A model generated the notes under the pieces. The model did not search any database. It saw only the letters and a program-made list of their open reading frames with translations, and was not told the origin of the DNA. From NCBI GenBank assembly GCA_013265495.1, contig MU061578.1:2675308-2739307 (forward strand): a stretch of 64,000 nt of DNA, in the 5' to 3' direction. Below are positions 38,706-51,185 of this stretch, piece after piece. Numbering within the stretch: position 1 is the stretch's first letter; each line of letters begins with the position of its first letter. This stretch comes from Vicugna vicugna. Lineage: Eukaryota. Made by a program: the position numbers and the translations under genes.

Positions 38706-40134
38706 TATTAACTTCTGCTGGGATGATTCCCAAAATGTGTTTGGAAATTTCCCCATCTCTACTCCAGTGATTATGTCAAAAGTATGTAGATTTTTTAACA
38801 AAGTTTAGTGGTGTTCTTGATCAACCGTAAGTTTCACAAAATGCACTGCACCTCCATAACAGTTCCCCATGACTGATATGACAGCCATGCAAAAGACAGT
38901 AAGAGTCAGAGATGACTACTGGACTGGCAAAGAAGAATCTAGTCCAGGGTGGCATGGTTTGGAGAGGCTTCTGAAACTGTGGAACCCTCAAGCCTGCATG
39001 AGCCACAGCTGAGTACAAGGACAGCTTGAAAACATAGCAGCAGGAAGGGACTGACTCTCTCCTCTATATTTCATCCTCCACCCCATCCAGAATGCTCAAT
39101 AAATATTTGCCAAAACAGATGATGGATTGAAGCCTTCCAAACCAGAACTCACCAAAGAGAAACCAAGATACGCTACAATGCTGTGACCATAAGCATCACA
39201 GTGACTACAATGAGAATCCTCTCTAACGACCTCCGCTAAGCTCTGCTGATTACATCAAATGTTGCACTTTGGGCGAGTTTCAGTGGACATGGTGGATTGT
39301 TGCATGACTGCTGGTTATTTTTCCCGTGTTTCCAAAATATTGAGATATGTGTGACTTGTCCCTAAAACGGCCTAAGTGATTAACATGCAATTCCCAAAGG
39401 GCCAAACCACTTAGTACAAGTTTTCACATTCTCTCAAAACATCTACACACCAGGTAGGTACTCAAGGTTCTCTCCAGACTAGAGAATGCTCAGTCTGGGA
39501 CAGTCCTGATCCTGGTACCAACAGCAGCTCTCCTCCAGGCCTGGCTTTCTCAGAGTATCATACGTTGTTCTTTGCCACCAAGGGTAACCAGGGACATAAA
39601 CTAAAGATAATAATGTTTTATTGGCCCTCAATCATCTGTCCTTCCCACATGCTGGAAGGAGTGCCAAGTCCAATTTGTTCAAGCACAAAATAGCATTATT
39701 GGCATCATCAGATCTGATAACAAAACTATCAGTGGCAGTTTATTATCGTACTAAAAGCAATATCTGTTGACTATTTACAGTACCAAGGACCAATCCTACT
39801 GCATTAGCCAGGATAGACTAGGTTGTGCCCCAGTAACAAATGAACCCTAAAATGTCAGTGGCTTGGCAACAATGGCTGACTTCTCACTTCTCTATTGGGT
39901 TAGCTGGGGACTACGTAGCAATATGGTCACTCATGGATACAGAATGATGGAAATTCTACCATCTCAACACAAAGCTTCCACAGTTACTGTCGAAGAGACA
40001 GGGTGAGATGGTTATGCACCAGCCCTTGAAAGCTTCAGTCTGGAAGTGATACACGTGGCTTCCCATCACAACACATGGGCCAGGATTACAAGGAGGCTGG
40101 GAAGTGACAGGGAGCCCATGGATGGCTTCCTGCC

Positions 40135-40310
40135 AATTATCTCACTGGAGCCTCACAGCCTCAGGAAATATATCATTACTCCTTACAGAGAAGGAAACCG
40201 AGGCACAGAGAGGTTATGGGACTTGCCCCCAGTGTCACAGATGGTAAATGGCAGAGAGACGCAAGCCCAGGCCTGCAAGCTACAAAACACTCTCAACTAC
40301 TTTGCTGCAT
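40135..40310 (-). mobile_element. MIR SINE
   Basis: ttacagagaaggaaaccgaggcacagagaggtta.gggacttgccc...gtcacag. Confidence 0.8.
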
Positions 40311-40719
40311 ACTCATCACAAACTTCTACAGAATCCCCTCGTGTAGGAAAACGCCATGCTAGCTAATAGAAGCCAAGCTATGCAAATACAAAACGGAGCT
40401 CCCCTGACACACCACCTCCTCATCCCAAAAATTCAACCTACGTGAATACCTGAAACAGAATCCTCAGGCAATTTCAGGAAGGGCAAAATGGATCATCTCT
40501 TCTGGGTCTGATATCCAGCCCACATTCCACCCACATCAAGATAAAAACCTTCCAAAAACTTCACCTGAAAACCTGGGTAGATTGTCACTTCTTGTCACTG
40601 GAAAACCCATTGGTGACATCTTTACACAATTCACAGATATTTCTAAAGCTGTGAAGTTAAATGTCACCCATGTACCCGTAGGAAGCAACCACAGACAGAT
40701 CTGTTAGGAGACTGTTTTC

Positions 40720-41015
40720 ATATCCAAAGAGCAGCTAAGTGATGCTTCCAACAGGCTAATTCCTCCCAGCCTGCAAAAGTCTGGCACCACCTTCTCCAGG
40801 GAGCCCTCCCCTGCCCGGCTTCTGGTTAGGACCTTCTTCTTGTGTTCCCACATTTCTTCCCACATGCACCTCTGGCAGGGCCTTTCCATCACATGTCACC
40901 TTTTATTTGTCTGCCTGTCCCCTGGACTCTGAGCAAACTCATGGGCAAACTGCATCTATACTTCTGTGTCTCTGACACCTAGCACATAGTATGTGCTCAA
41001 TAAATGTGGGGTAGA
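40720..41015 (+). mobile_element. L2 3' end
   Basis: caccttctccagggagccctccc...ctggactctgagc...cctagcacatagtatgtgctcaataaatgt. Confidence 0.65.
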
Positions 41016-41204
41016 CGGGTAGATGCTTAAGCCTGTTCAAAGCAATTTGTTCCCTTGAGGAATTTAACCCCCTGTGCTCAGCAAGCATGTAGCCAAGTAT
41101 TGAAACTACAGTCCTGGCCTCACTTCCACTGTGTGAACTTGGAATGGTTCCATAGCCTCTCTGAGCTGTTTTTCAGCTACAAAGTAAAAGATATGTTGTA
41201 AAAA

Positions 41205-41700
41205 TCAAATGGAAAGCAGAGGGTATTCAAACAAAAGCTCACACACAAATGTTCACAGCAACATTATTCACAATAGCCAAAATGTGGAAACAACCCAAAT
41301 GTCCATTAGGCAGTGAATGGACATATAAAATGTGGTCCATCCATACGATAGAATGAAGCACTGACACCTGCTACAATGTGAATGAACCTTGAAAACATTA
41401 TGCTCAGTAAAAGAAGCCAGACACAAAGGGCCAGATATTGTATGATTCCACTTAAATGAAAAATCCAGAATAAGTAAATCAAACAGACAGAAAGCAGATT
41501 AGTGGTTGCTGAGGACTGGGGGAGGAAGGAAGGAGGAGTGACTGCTAATGGTCTCCTTTTTAGGTGATTAAAATATTCTGAAAATAGATAGTGACACTGT
41601 TTGCACAGCACTGTGAATGTGCTAAATGTCACTGAAACCATCCACTTTCAAATGGTTTAAATGGTAAGTTTTATCTTACGTGCATTTGATCACAATAATT
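41205..41700 (+). mobile_element. Old L1 (L1MB-like) 3' end
   Basis: aaatgttcacagcaacattattcacaatagccaaaatgtggaaacaacccaaatgtcca...gaaccttgaaaacattatgct...aagaagccagacacaaaggg. Confidence 0.85.
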
Positions 41701-42020
41701 TTTTTATTCTTATGGGGAATTTTCAACTAACAACCTTTGTAGGATTTTAAAAAATATCGAATGGGATAGAATAGATGTTGTATATACAAGTCCCAGTCCT
41801 CATGGGCAATCAATCCATGGTGGCTGTTTTCATATTCATAATGAACAGTAATTTGTTCTCCTTATAAAAACAGGCTATATTAAGCAAAGGAAAGCACCAA
41901 CATAATTTGCTCTCCAAATGTTCACAACAGTGTAATTCGTATAAAAGTCCAAAATATTCACACGGTTTGCCTTTTGTTATTGTCATAAAATATAGGTAAT
42001 ATTCAGCATTTTTTATCATT

Positions 42021-42167
42021 GTGTTTTTTCATTTGTCTTTTTAGGGAGAGGGAGGGGAGGTAATTAAGTTGTTGTTTTTTTTTTTTCAGTGGAGGTACTG
42101 GGATTGAACCCAGGACCTCATGCATGCTAAGCATGCACTCTACCACTGGGCTATATCTGCCCCCCCC
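42021..42167 (-). mobile_element. tRNA-derived SINE (camelid Vic-1-like)
   Basis: Minus strand reads atagcccagtggtagagtgcatgcttagcatgcatgaggtcctgggttcaatccc (A/B boxes); TSD CATTTTTTA(T/C)CATT at 42007-42020 and 42167-42180. Confidence 0.92.
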
Positions 42168-42319
42168 ATTTTTTACCATTTTAATGTACACAGTTCAGTA
42201 GCATTAGTACATTCACAGTCTTGTGCAACCACCATCACCATCTGTCCAGAACTTTTCCATCATGTCGAACACAGCATCTTGCTACGCTCCTGGTGTTCTG
42301 ATCCACAACAGAGCTAAGG

Positions 42320-42420
42320 CAGAATTATCAATTTGGACTTTGCTTAACCGTAGATAAAAAAGGGAGAAAATGGGAGCAGGCTGTGAACTCGGCGATGTGA
42401 GTGTGGGAGGCTCTGGTGAC
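42320..42420 (+). promoter_or_regulatory. Candidate proximal promoter of the ENPP7-like gene (GATA - HNF4 - GATA/TATA-like)
   Basis: TTATCA 42325-42330 (TGATAA on minus), TGGACTTTG 42334-42342 (CAAAGTCCA, HNF4 motif), AGATAAAA 42352-42359, all 60-100 bp upstream of ATG 42421. Confidence 0.55.
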
Positions 42421-42670
42421 ATGACGGGGCCTGGGGCCCTCACCCTGCTGCTGACCGTCCTGCTGGGCTGGGCCAGCTGCCATCCCATCCCAGAGAGGAA
42501 GAGCTTCCACAAGTTGCTGTTAATCTCCTTCGATGGGTTCCTCTGGGACTATGATCAGGACGTGGACACTCCCAACATGGACCACCTGGCCCGGGAGGGC
42601 GTGAAGGCCAAGTATCTCATGCCACCCTTCGTGACAATGACTTCCCCATCCCACTTCACTACCATCTCGG
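42421..42670 (+). CDS. ENPP7-like: ENPP7-like coding exon 1: signal peptide plus N-terminal phosphodiesterase domain (metal-binding Asp38, catalytic Thr74)
   Basis: MTGPGALTLLLTVLLGWASC (hydrophobic signal peptide) then KLLLISFDGFLWDYDQDVDTPNMDHLAREGVKAKYLMPPFVTMTSPSHFTTISG; ends G|gtaagc (donor 42671); 250 nt, phase 1. Confidence 0.92.
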
Positions 42671-43199
42671 GTAAGCTCCACCCCTCAGCCAGCCCGCTAT
42701 GCCAGCGAGAGCCCAGCATCCCTCGTTCCCTGAAACAGCCAATTCTCAGTCGGCTCTGGGGAAGCAGCCCATGCCACTCGGGGTCACCCCCTAGAAGAAG
42801 CACTAGCTTAGAATATCCAGGGATGTGCAGGGCTGTTTCTAGAACCCAAGGGCTATGGAGCCCCAGCCTGCAGACAGAATGAGGACCATGGCTGCAGCCT
42901 CCTAAGGAATCTCCCAGATGTCCACGCCCGCCCACCCTTCACCCTGCCTTTCACACCGTGGCCAGTGATCTTTCTTAAAAGTAAAAAATTTAAAGAATTT
43001 TATAAAAATAATGAGACATTAATGTTTATAGAACTCAATTAGACCAGGTCACTCCCCTACCTAATACTGGCAAGTTGGAAGGACACCAGTGCTCTTTGAA
43101 GAGAAATTTTGTCTTTTGGTGGCCTAAAAGTTCCCCACAGCCTGTGCCTCCAGCCAGCCCCCACCTGCCTCAGGGCCTTTGCCCAAGCTGGCCCCCCAG

Positions 43200-43560
43200 C
43201 TCACCTGGAGCTTGTAGTCCAACAAGGGGGACATATGTTAGACAAGCTAACATGCTAATAGATGTCATTACAAGTAAGAGAGGCACAAAAAAGGGAGAGC
43301 TTCTCTGGGAGAAGACAGCAAGGGCAAACTGACTTGAAGTCAGAGAGGCAGGCAAGTGCTCTCTGAAGAAGAGACAGATGACCCGCAAGTGAAAGAGACC
43401 TTAGGAGTCCAGAGGAAGGAAAAATGTTCCAAGTGGAGGGAACAGCATGTACGAGGTCTCTGTGGCAGGAAGGAATGTGACTGTTCCAGAATCCCAGTCA
43501 CCACTAAGCAAATAAAGAGAGTCCAATCTAAAAGAGAGGCAGAGAAGGAAGCCATCGGGA
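43200..43560 (-). mobile_element. L2 fragment (intron 1)
   Basis: tggagcttgtagtc...ctctctgaagaag...gttccaagtggagggaacagcatgt..gaggtc. Confidence 0.6.
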
Positions 43561-43589
43561 TGCAAAGGATTTTATTACAATAAGACTTA

Positions 43590-43800
43590 ACAGTAGCTTC
43601 CATTTCTCCAATGTGAGCCTGAGGCCAGGCTCCATGCCAATGCTTTGCCTCCGTTCTCTCCAGCATAATACTGCAAAGCAAGTGTTGTCCCCATTCCACA
43701 GATGAGAAAACCAAGGCTCAGCAAGGCTGAGTAACTGACCAGTCACTCACCCAGGGAGTGGGAAGGAAGAAGCCAGGCTTGGAACCAGGCTTGGGACCAA
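43590..43800 (-). mobile_element. MIR SINE (intron 1)
   Basis: tccccattccacagatgagaaaaccaaggctcag...gagtaactgacc..gtcac. Confidence 0.75.
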
Positions 43801-44389
43801 CCCAGGCTTTGTCACATGGAGCTGGTTCTGCCCACTTCTGAGCCAGGAATCTGCAGACCCTCCCTCAAGTGACACGGAGGGTGCTGGCAACATGAGCCTT
43901 ACCCCAACCCAGAGAGCCACTCACTGGGGTCTGAGGGCAGCTCCAGGAACCTCTGACACGATAGGCAAACTGCTGGTGCCTTTTTACAGGGAGAGGATTT
44001 CATCACTTCCACCAGACTCTCAAAGGGGCCCTTGAATCAGAAACTTAAAACACAAAGCTGAGCAACCATTCAGAGGGAGATGTGCTGAGAGAGATTTTCT
44101 ACATGTAAACTCTTTGAGAGGCAAGTCATTCGGGGACTATTAGCACCAGGAAGCAAGAACTAAAGAGCCCTTTTCTGGAGAAAGCAAACGACACTTCCCA
44201 ACGGCATTAACTTCATAACACTTAAAAGATCTCCCAAGGGCAGATTCTGGGTCCCTGAATGCTGAGAATACAATGGGCACAAAATATTGTAAGCCATGCT
44301 CACCTTTTACTTATTCCCAGAAGCACTTGATGAGAAGATATAAACAGTGAGAGCAAATTTTTTTAATTATAAAATCACCCCCAACTCCT

Positions 44390-44985
44390 CTCCTATGCTC
44401 ATTGCTAGTAGGGAATGGAAATGGATATCACTTCAATGGAAGGTAATTTGGTGTCATCCCATATAATTATGAACACACAAACTTTCTTATCTGGCAAATC
44501 CACTTGCAGGACTTTATCCTACAGTTACATATTTGCTTGGTGTAAAATAATGTACATATAAAATTTTCATTGCATTAGTGTTTGTAACAAGAGAAAATAG
44601 AAACAATCTGACCATCCATACTGTCATCTTTAAAAGAAAAACTGAGGAAGCTCTTTGTGCCCAGTAGGAAGTTATCCTCAAGAAGATGGATTAAGTGACA
44701 AAAACAAGATGCAAAGAATATGTGTAACATATGTATACATATGCATGTGATGTACATGTGTATATAATATGTGTGTATATATATATGTGCATACAATTGC
44801 TTATAGATGCATAGAGGACTTCTAAATAAATAAAAAAGAAATTGGTGACACTGGTTCCTCCAGGAAGGGGATGGAGTGGAAGGGAGACTTTGCACTATAC
44901 ATCCTGTGTACCTTTTAGGTCTTGGACTATGTGGATGTATTGCCTATAAATAACAAAATTTATATACAAAAAATAATCTTTTTAA
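44390..44985 (+). mobile_element. Old L1 (L1ME-like) 3' region
   Basis: cattgctagtagggaatggaaatgg...aatccacttgcaggactttatcctac...actatgtggatgtattgccta. Confidence 0.7.
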
Positions 44986-45078
44986 TTTACCTCTTGTGGA
45001 AAAAAACATACTCCCCTGTCCCTCTTATTTATAACCAACTTGCCATTTATTGAGCTGGTGAACATTCACTGCTTTAAA

Positions 45079-45295
45079 ACAGGTTTCACAGCCTCAGCAC
45101 TATTGACCTTAGGGATCAGATGGTTCTCTGTGGTGGGTGCCATCCTGTGCACTGTGGAATGTTGAGTAGCATGCCTGGCCTCCACCTACTAGGTGCCAGG
45201 AGTGCCCCTCCTCCCACTGTGACCACCAAGAACATCTCCAGACATGGCTTAATGCCCACTGAGGGACAAATTGGCCCCCAGCTGAAAACCCCTGT
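45079..45295. mobile_element. MER20 DNA transposon
   Basis: cctcagcactattgac...tcctgtgcactgtggaatgttgagtagcat.cctggcctccacctactag.tgccag...tctccagacat. Confidence 0.85.
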
Positions 45296-47070
45296 CTTGG
45301 GTGGCTGAATCACTACCTGGCTTACAAAAATGTTCAGCAGGTACCACGATTGTCATACCCTTTGACTCTTGTAACAGTGATAAGGAGTCAAAACAAGTGA
45401 GATACCCAAGGCCCATAAAAGTGAAAATTTGTCCCAAAGTCCCACACAGAGATTTGAACTCAGCCCTGGACAGCTCCAGACAGTCCTCTAATGTGCCTAC
45501 AGCCCTCCGGTGTCTTTCCTTCTAATTAAGTATCTTTGAATGTTGCACATCCTCAGAGCTTCCAGGCAATGGGCGGTATCCTGAATATGTTGTATTAATG
45601 ACACAGAAGCCACCTCGGACCCAGAAAAACTACCAGCATTTGTCTTCATGAGCTGGGTTCAAGCCGACCTCTGTCTGATTCCAGTGTGGAAAAGCATCAT
45701 TCATAATAGAAAAAATAATGGATAAAAATCAGTGCTGCCGGCACCCAAAGACCTCTTCAGATTCCAGGGGGTAGGCTTGACACAAAGTATGATAAAGGGG
45801 GCTCCCTTGGCCCAGTGACTAATTAACTAGAGTCTCGTGAACACCTTGGGGCAAGTTAACTCGGGGAAAGAAGTGAGGAGACGTGTGCTGCTGTCCTGCT
45901 TCTCAGCTCGGCTGCATAAAGCGGCAGCTCCCATAAGGGCTCAGGTCTGAGAAGCCACGTAACCACCCCTCCAAGCTTTTTAGACAGAGTCCAAAGGGCC
46001 AGGAGCCAGGTGATCCCAGGCAGGGAGCCCAGCAGGGAGAGACCATGCCCCAGGCATAACATTTAGCCAACTTGTCTGGTCAGGTCAGAACTCTGGGCCC
46101 CCCAGGTCCACATCTGGGCAGCAGGGCCTCCTCTTGCCTGGGAGCTGTCAGGTGAGCAGAATCTGAGTCCTCACCCCAGAGCCAGGATCGCATGACCCTT
46201 CTCAGCTTTCCCGATGCTGGTGCAGAAAGTCTTCCCCAAGAGTTTTTTAGAGGGCTTATGATGCAGTCACCCTTTTGTTTGACGAATATTGTTTGAGCAT
46301 CTCTGTTGGGCCAGGCGGTGTGGACAATTGCCGACTACACACTTATGTGTCTCCAGGGTCTTGCCACCTTTCCAGGGCTTGATGCACAGGTCAGGCTCCT
46401 GTCTCTTCTGCTCCCAAATTCCACAGATCTTTTGGGGGTGTTGCTTCCTTCTCTCTGGAGCTCCACCCACTTTCTTGGTGATCCTTCTGTCTCTTTGTTT
46501 CCTTTCTCTGACAGCTCAGGGAATCAGGCAGGGAAGGTTTGTTCTTAGTCCCCGGTGTCCCCACCCAAACCTTTCTCTGCACCCCAACTCCTCCAGAAGG
46601 GGTTGAGCTGGTGAAACCTCAAAGCCAGAAGAAGTCTCTGCTTTCCCCACTTTCTCCCATGGCATCCTCTCCTTGGAGCATGAAAAACAGAAGTCCTGGC
46701 TGTTTGAACAAAGGAAAGACTAAAGGAGAGAGGATTTTTAAAATAAAATTGGCTAAATATTCCATCTCATTATCTCTCCACATAAAATCTTTGCATCCTT
46801 ACAAAGGATGTGTTTTTCCTCCAAGTATTTGCCCCCCAGCACCATCTGTAAGACAGTGGAAGTGGGGCCTCTGTCTAGGATGAAGGGTCCTGAGACCAGG
46901 CTTTGGGGGTGATGTTCTCCCTCCAGCTCCCCAAGGCTGGGCACTGGGCAGGTCTGCATGTTGATCAAGCTGCAACCCTCCTGCATAAGAAGGGCTATCA
47001 CTTCCCCCAGGGTAGCTTTCTTCTTCCCACCTGGCTCCATCCCCCACCTTCCATCACTCCTTTTCTCCAT

Positions 47071-47073
<3 letters not shown>

Positions 47074-47104
<31 letters not shown>

Positions 47105-47124
47105 ATACACACTCATACACACAC
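47074..47124. repeat. (CA)n microsatellite, imperfect 3' end
   Basis: Direct reading. Confidence 0.9.
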
Positions 47125-47165
47125 GTAGAACACAGCACCTGGTAGTTTCTTAAAATGGAATGATG

Positions 47166-47279
47166 AGTAGGGGAAGGTTTACCTCAGTAGTAGAGTATGT
47201 GCCTAGCATGCACGAGGTCCTAGGTTCAATCCCCAGTACCTCCATTAAATAAATAAATAAAACCTAATTTCCCCCCCCC
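47166..47279 (+). mobile_element. tRNA-derived SINE (camelid Vic-1-like)
   Basis: ctcagtagtagagtatgtgcctagcatgcacgaggtcctaggttcaatccccagtacctcc..(taaa)n; TSD TAAAATG(G/T)AATGATG at 47151-47165 and 47280-47294. Confidence 0.92.
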
Positions 47280-47292
47280 TAAAATGTAATGA

Positions 47293-47807
47293 TGTATTTG
47301 TTTTCTATGGCTGTGTAACAAATAACCACAAACTTAGCAGCTTAGAACAACACCCATTTATTATCTCTCAGGTTCCATGTCAGGAGTCCCAGCATGGCTG
47401 AATTTACTCCTCACAAGGTGGCAAAGTGTCAGCTGAGATGGCATCTCATCTGAAGCTCAGGGTCCTCTCCCAAGCTCATGCAACTGTTAGAAGACTTCAT
47501 TTCCTTGAAGCTGTAGAACCCATGGCAGCTGGATTCTTCAAGGCCAGCAGGAGAGTGTCTCTCTCCTCCTGAGCCTCTGCCAGGGGCATACTTGAGTAGG
47601 CCAGGCCCACCCTGGAAGAACTCCCTTTGATTAACTCAGAGTCAAGTGATTATGCGCCTTTGTTACATCTGCAAAGTCCCTTAAACTTTTGCATGTTCTA
47701 TTGGTTAGAAGCAAGCCACAGGTCTCACCCATGTGCAAGAGAGAGTTACACAAGGCGTGCATATCTGGGGCAGAAATCTTGTGGCCATCTTAATTCTGCC
47801 TACCATA
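47293..47807 (-). mobile_element. MaLR LTR (MLT1D/E-like)
   Basis: ttttctatggctgtgtaacaaataaccacaaacttagcagctta...ttacatctgcaaa.tcccttaa...attctgcctaccata. Confidence 0.85.
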
Positions 47808-48117
47808 AACAGTTCCTGGATGGGGCTTAGATAACTAGGGGGTTAGCATCAGTCTTTGTGTAAAGGTAAAGGTAACAGGTGATGGTACCCCAGGATGGAG
47901 CCCTAGAAAGCCCCAGGGACCTATGCTCTAACCCCTGAGACCCAGGGGCCAATGCAAGAGGGGCACTGAATGACCATGGAGGCAGGAATCCCCACATCCC
48001 AGTGTGTCACCCCATCCATATGAGACTCCTTCTGTTGCTTAAGTGAAGGTAAGGAGGATGATGATGATTTTGAAGAAGCAGGAGGAGGAAGAGGAGGCTT
48101 ATTAATTTGAATGTACC

Positions 48118-48555
48118 TGTATTAATTTCTTAGGGTTACCGTAACAAAGTACCACAATCTATGTGACTTAAAACAACAGAAATTTATTGTCTCATGGTTC
48201 TGGAGGCCCGAAACTTGAAATTAAGGTGTCAGTAGAGCCACACTCCCTCTGAAAGCTGTAGGAATCCTTTGTCTCTTCCTAGCCTCTTGTGGTGTGCTGG
48301 TGATCTCTGGCATTCCTTGGCTTGTAGGTGCATCCCTCTAACCCTCCATCCAACCCATGAAGGTCTTCCTGTGTTCCTGCCTCCACGTGGCCATCTTCTT
48401 ACAAGGACACTAGTCACTCAGATTAGGGGTCCACCCTACTCCAATATGACCTCACCTTTGCAATGACCCTATTTCCAAATAAGGTCACATTCTAAGGTTC
48501 TGGGGTTTAGGACTTCGACATACCTTTTTTGAGGAACACAAGTAAACCCGTAACA
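48118..48555 (-). mobile_element. MaLR LTR (MLT1B/C-like)
   Basis: tgtattaatttcttaggg..accgtaacaaagtaccacaa...ttctggaggc...ccctatttccaaataaggtcacattct. Confidence 0.85.
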
Positions 48556-49854
48556 TCTTATAACACATAATTGATAGCTACAGGCGTAGCTACATCCCAG
48601 ATCCTCAAATTATGCCATCAGAACAATCAATCTGTCTCTCTTTACCTCTCTCTCTGCTTCTCTATTTCTCTTTCCTAAGAGTGAGCACAGAATTCCCAAG
48701 ACTGACTCTCATAGTGCCATTCTGCTTCTCAGAACCAATCTCTCTGGCCAGGGGGATGGAATAATGCTAAGCACCCAACCTGGGACCACATGCTTACCCT
48801 CAGGTCAAGGTGTGGGTGGCAAGCCCCACACAAACCATGTCACTCATGGGGTGCTAGCAGGTCCCCAGTGGAAAGTCAGGGACTGTTATCAGAGGGAGGA
48901 GCAAAAGAAGAAGGACTACCGCCCAGCCTGGGCCCAATGGTGTGGGGACAGGAGGTTGCAGTCTGGTGACCCAGTACTGAGACCCAGGAAATCCCAACTC
49001 CATCCCTGGGGCTTCCCACAGGGCACGGGCTCCCAGTGGATTCAATGACCACACCTCCCAGCTCTGTCCCTCCGTTTCCCTGAACTCTGTCGTAATTCCC
49101 CTCAGATCTTGCCAAAAGCCCTTCTCTGGGGGCGAGCAGCTCATTCTGCTAGTTTAAATCACCCAGTTCCCTCTCTCTCTCCAGAAGCCTGTACTTACTG
49201 CTTCATCACTGGTAATGACAATGAACATTTTTGCAATCTCAGTTTTTATTGCAAAGTGATTAAGGACCAGCAAGAATAAGTTATGCTGCTGAAACTAAGG
49301 AAATCCCACCAAGCAAATAGTGGGTGGATAGGAAGTCTTATGGTGACAGCGTGTGTCTCCTCCCCCAAGGAACTGATTGAAAATAAGAAGCTATCACCAC
49401 CATGTTTCAGACAAAAGCCAATCTGACAATTTTAGATCTAGTCAATGGATATGGCCTAGGGGCGAAAAGGAAACAATCCATAACAAGAAGAAGGTCGAGG
49501 ATAATGCCAATGAGGGCCTCACAGTTCCACATTTCCTCCTTTCTTTAAAGGACACTCAATGGCATGCTCAGGGCCCCTAGTGGCCAGAAATAAAGCCTCT
49601 CCCTATTCCAGAGACCCCAGGGGAACCCCCAAAATTAGAACAACCTCTTACAGCTGTGTAGATTGTGTACTGCACAATTCTGAGATGGTTGTTCTCAGGA
49701 ATACTTTGTGGGTGGTGCCCCCCCAGAGGTGTGAGGGCACAATTTGCACAAATGAGGAGTCACATATGTTCTATCCCAAAATCAACCTGTAAGAAGTAAA
49801 AATTCCTCATAGATGTTGTAATCAAATGCACTTGGATAATCTTCAAGATTAGAT

Positions 49855-50075
49855 CAGGCTTTCTCAGTGTCCTGTTATTGGCGTCTGGGGCTAGATCATT
49901 CTTTGTCTTGAGCAGGGCGGGAGGGGGGCTGTCCTGTGTGTTATAAGAGTGTTTAGCAGCATCCCTGGCCTCTACCTACCAGATTCCAGCAGCATCCCTC
50001 CCCTTGTCAACCAAATGACAGATGTCCCTCCAACATCAGCCATTTCCAAGAGGGGAGAGAAAAATGAAGTCATGG
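49855..50075. mobile_element. MER20 DNA transposon
   Basis: ggggctagatcattctttgt...gggggctgtcctgtgtg...tttagcagcatccctggcctctacctac.aga. Confidence 0.8.
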
Positions 50076-50499
50076 GGAAAAAAAACTGAAAATAAGGAAG
50101 GCTGGGAAACCAGGACATTTCCTAACTTTTCATTATGGAAATTTCCAACATGTAGAAAAAAGCAGAGAAAATTGCACGGTGAAGCCCTGTGTACCCAGCA
50201 CCAAGCTGCAGTCTTGTTCCTTTGTCCCTACCCAATTGCCTTCTTTCCTCCTTTCTTCCTTCCTTCTTTCCATCATGAATCTTTTAAAGCAAATTTCAGA
50301 CACTGTGTCATTGTATCCATAACACATCACCATGCAGTTCTAACCTAAGGGTTTGCTTTGGTTTGTTTTTACAAAATCTCCACATCATATTTAACAGATT
50401 TGACATGAAGAAACTAGGATTCTTGAAGGTGGAGAAAAGATCTAATTGCCAGCTTAGAGTTTCTCCTACTAGTGCTTCGTAAATTTGAACATGTATATG

Positions 50500-50640
50500 A
50501 ACCACCTCGGGGCAGGGGGGGTCAGGTTAAAATGCAGATTCTAGTTCAGTGGGTCTGGGGTGGGGCCTGAGAGTCTGCATTTCCAGCAAGCTCCTAGGTG
50601 ATGCCAATCAATGCTGCAGGTCCATGCATCATACAAGAAG
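50500..50640. mobile_element. MER5-like DNA transposon
   Basis: ttaaaatgcagattct..ttcagtgggtctggggtggggcctgagagtctgcattt..agcaagctcc.aggtgatgcc. Confidence 0.8.
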
Positions 50641-50746
50641 AAGGGTCGGCCCCAAATGCCAAAGCAACAGAGCGAAAAATCATGACCACTCTGGATTCCA
50701 AGGCTTTGAAAGGAGACACTGGAACCACTTGAGACTGAAGGCACAG

Positions 50747-51185
50747 GTGTACTCTAACAAAGCACCATAAGCTGGCTTAAAGAAACGGAAAGCCTTTAGA
50801 GGCCAGAAGCCCAAAATCAAGGTGTCACTGGGCCGTGTTCCCTCTGGAGGCTCTAATGGAGAAGACTTCTTTGCCTCTTCTGCATCTGGTGGCTGCCAGC
50901 ATTCCTGGGCTTGTGGCCATATCACTCCAAACTCTGCCTCTGTGGTCACATTGCTTCCTCCTTTTCTGTCTGTGTCTTCTCCTCTTCTGCCTCTTATAAG
51001 GACATTTATCTTTGGATTTAGAGCCCACACATAATCCAGGACAGTCTCCTCAGCTCAGAATCCTTCACTGAATTATGTCTGTAAAGACCCTGTTTCCAAA
51101 TAAGGCAACACTTGCAGGTTCTGAGAATAAAAATATGGACATATTTTTGGGGAGGGACAGGGGGCACTATTCAGGCCACTACCCC
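50747..51185 (-). mobile_element. MaLR LTR (MLT1C-like)
   Basis: gaggccagaagcccaaaatcaaggtgtc...gcttgtggccatatcactccaaactctgcctc...aagaccctgtttccaaataagg. Confidence 0.8.

Noticed and set aside
42370..42882. 170-aa ORF as a complete protein
   Set aside because: ENPP homology stops at the G|gtaagc donor (42670) and the rest is intron read-through. The ATG at 42370 adds a non-signal-like extension; ATG 42421 directly precedes the signal peptide.
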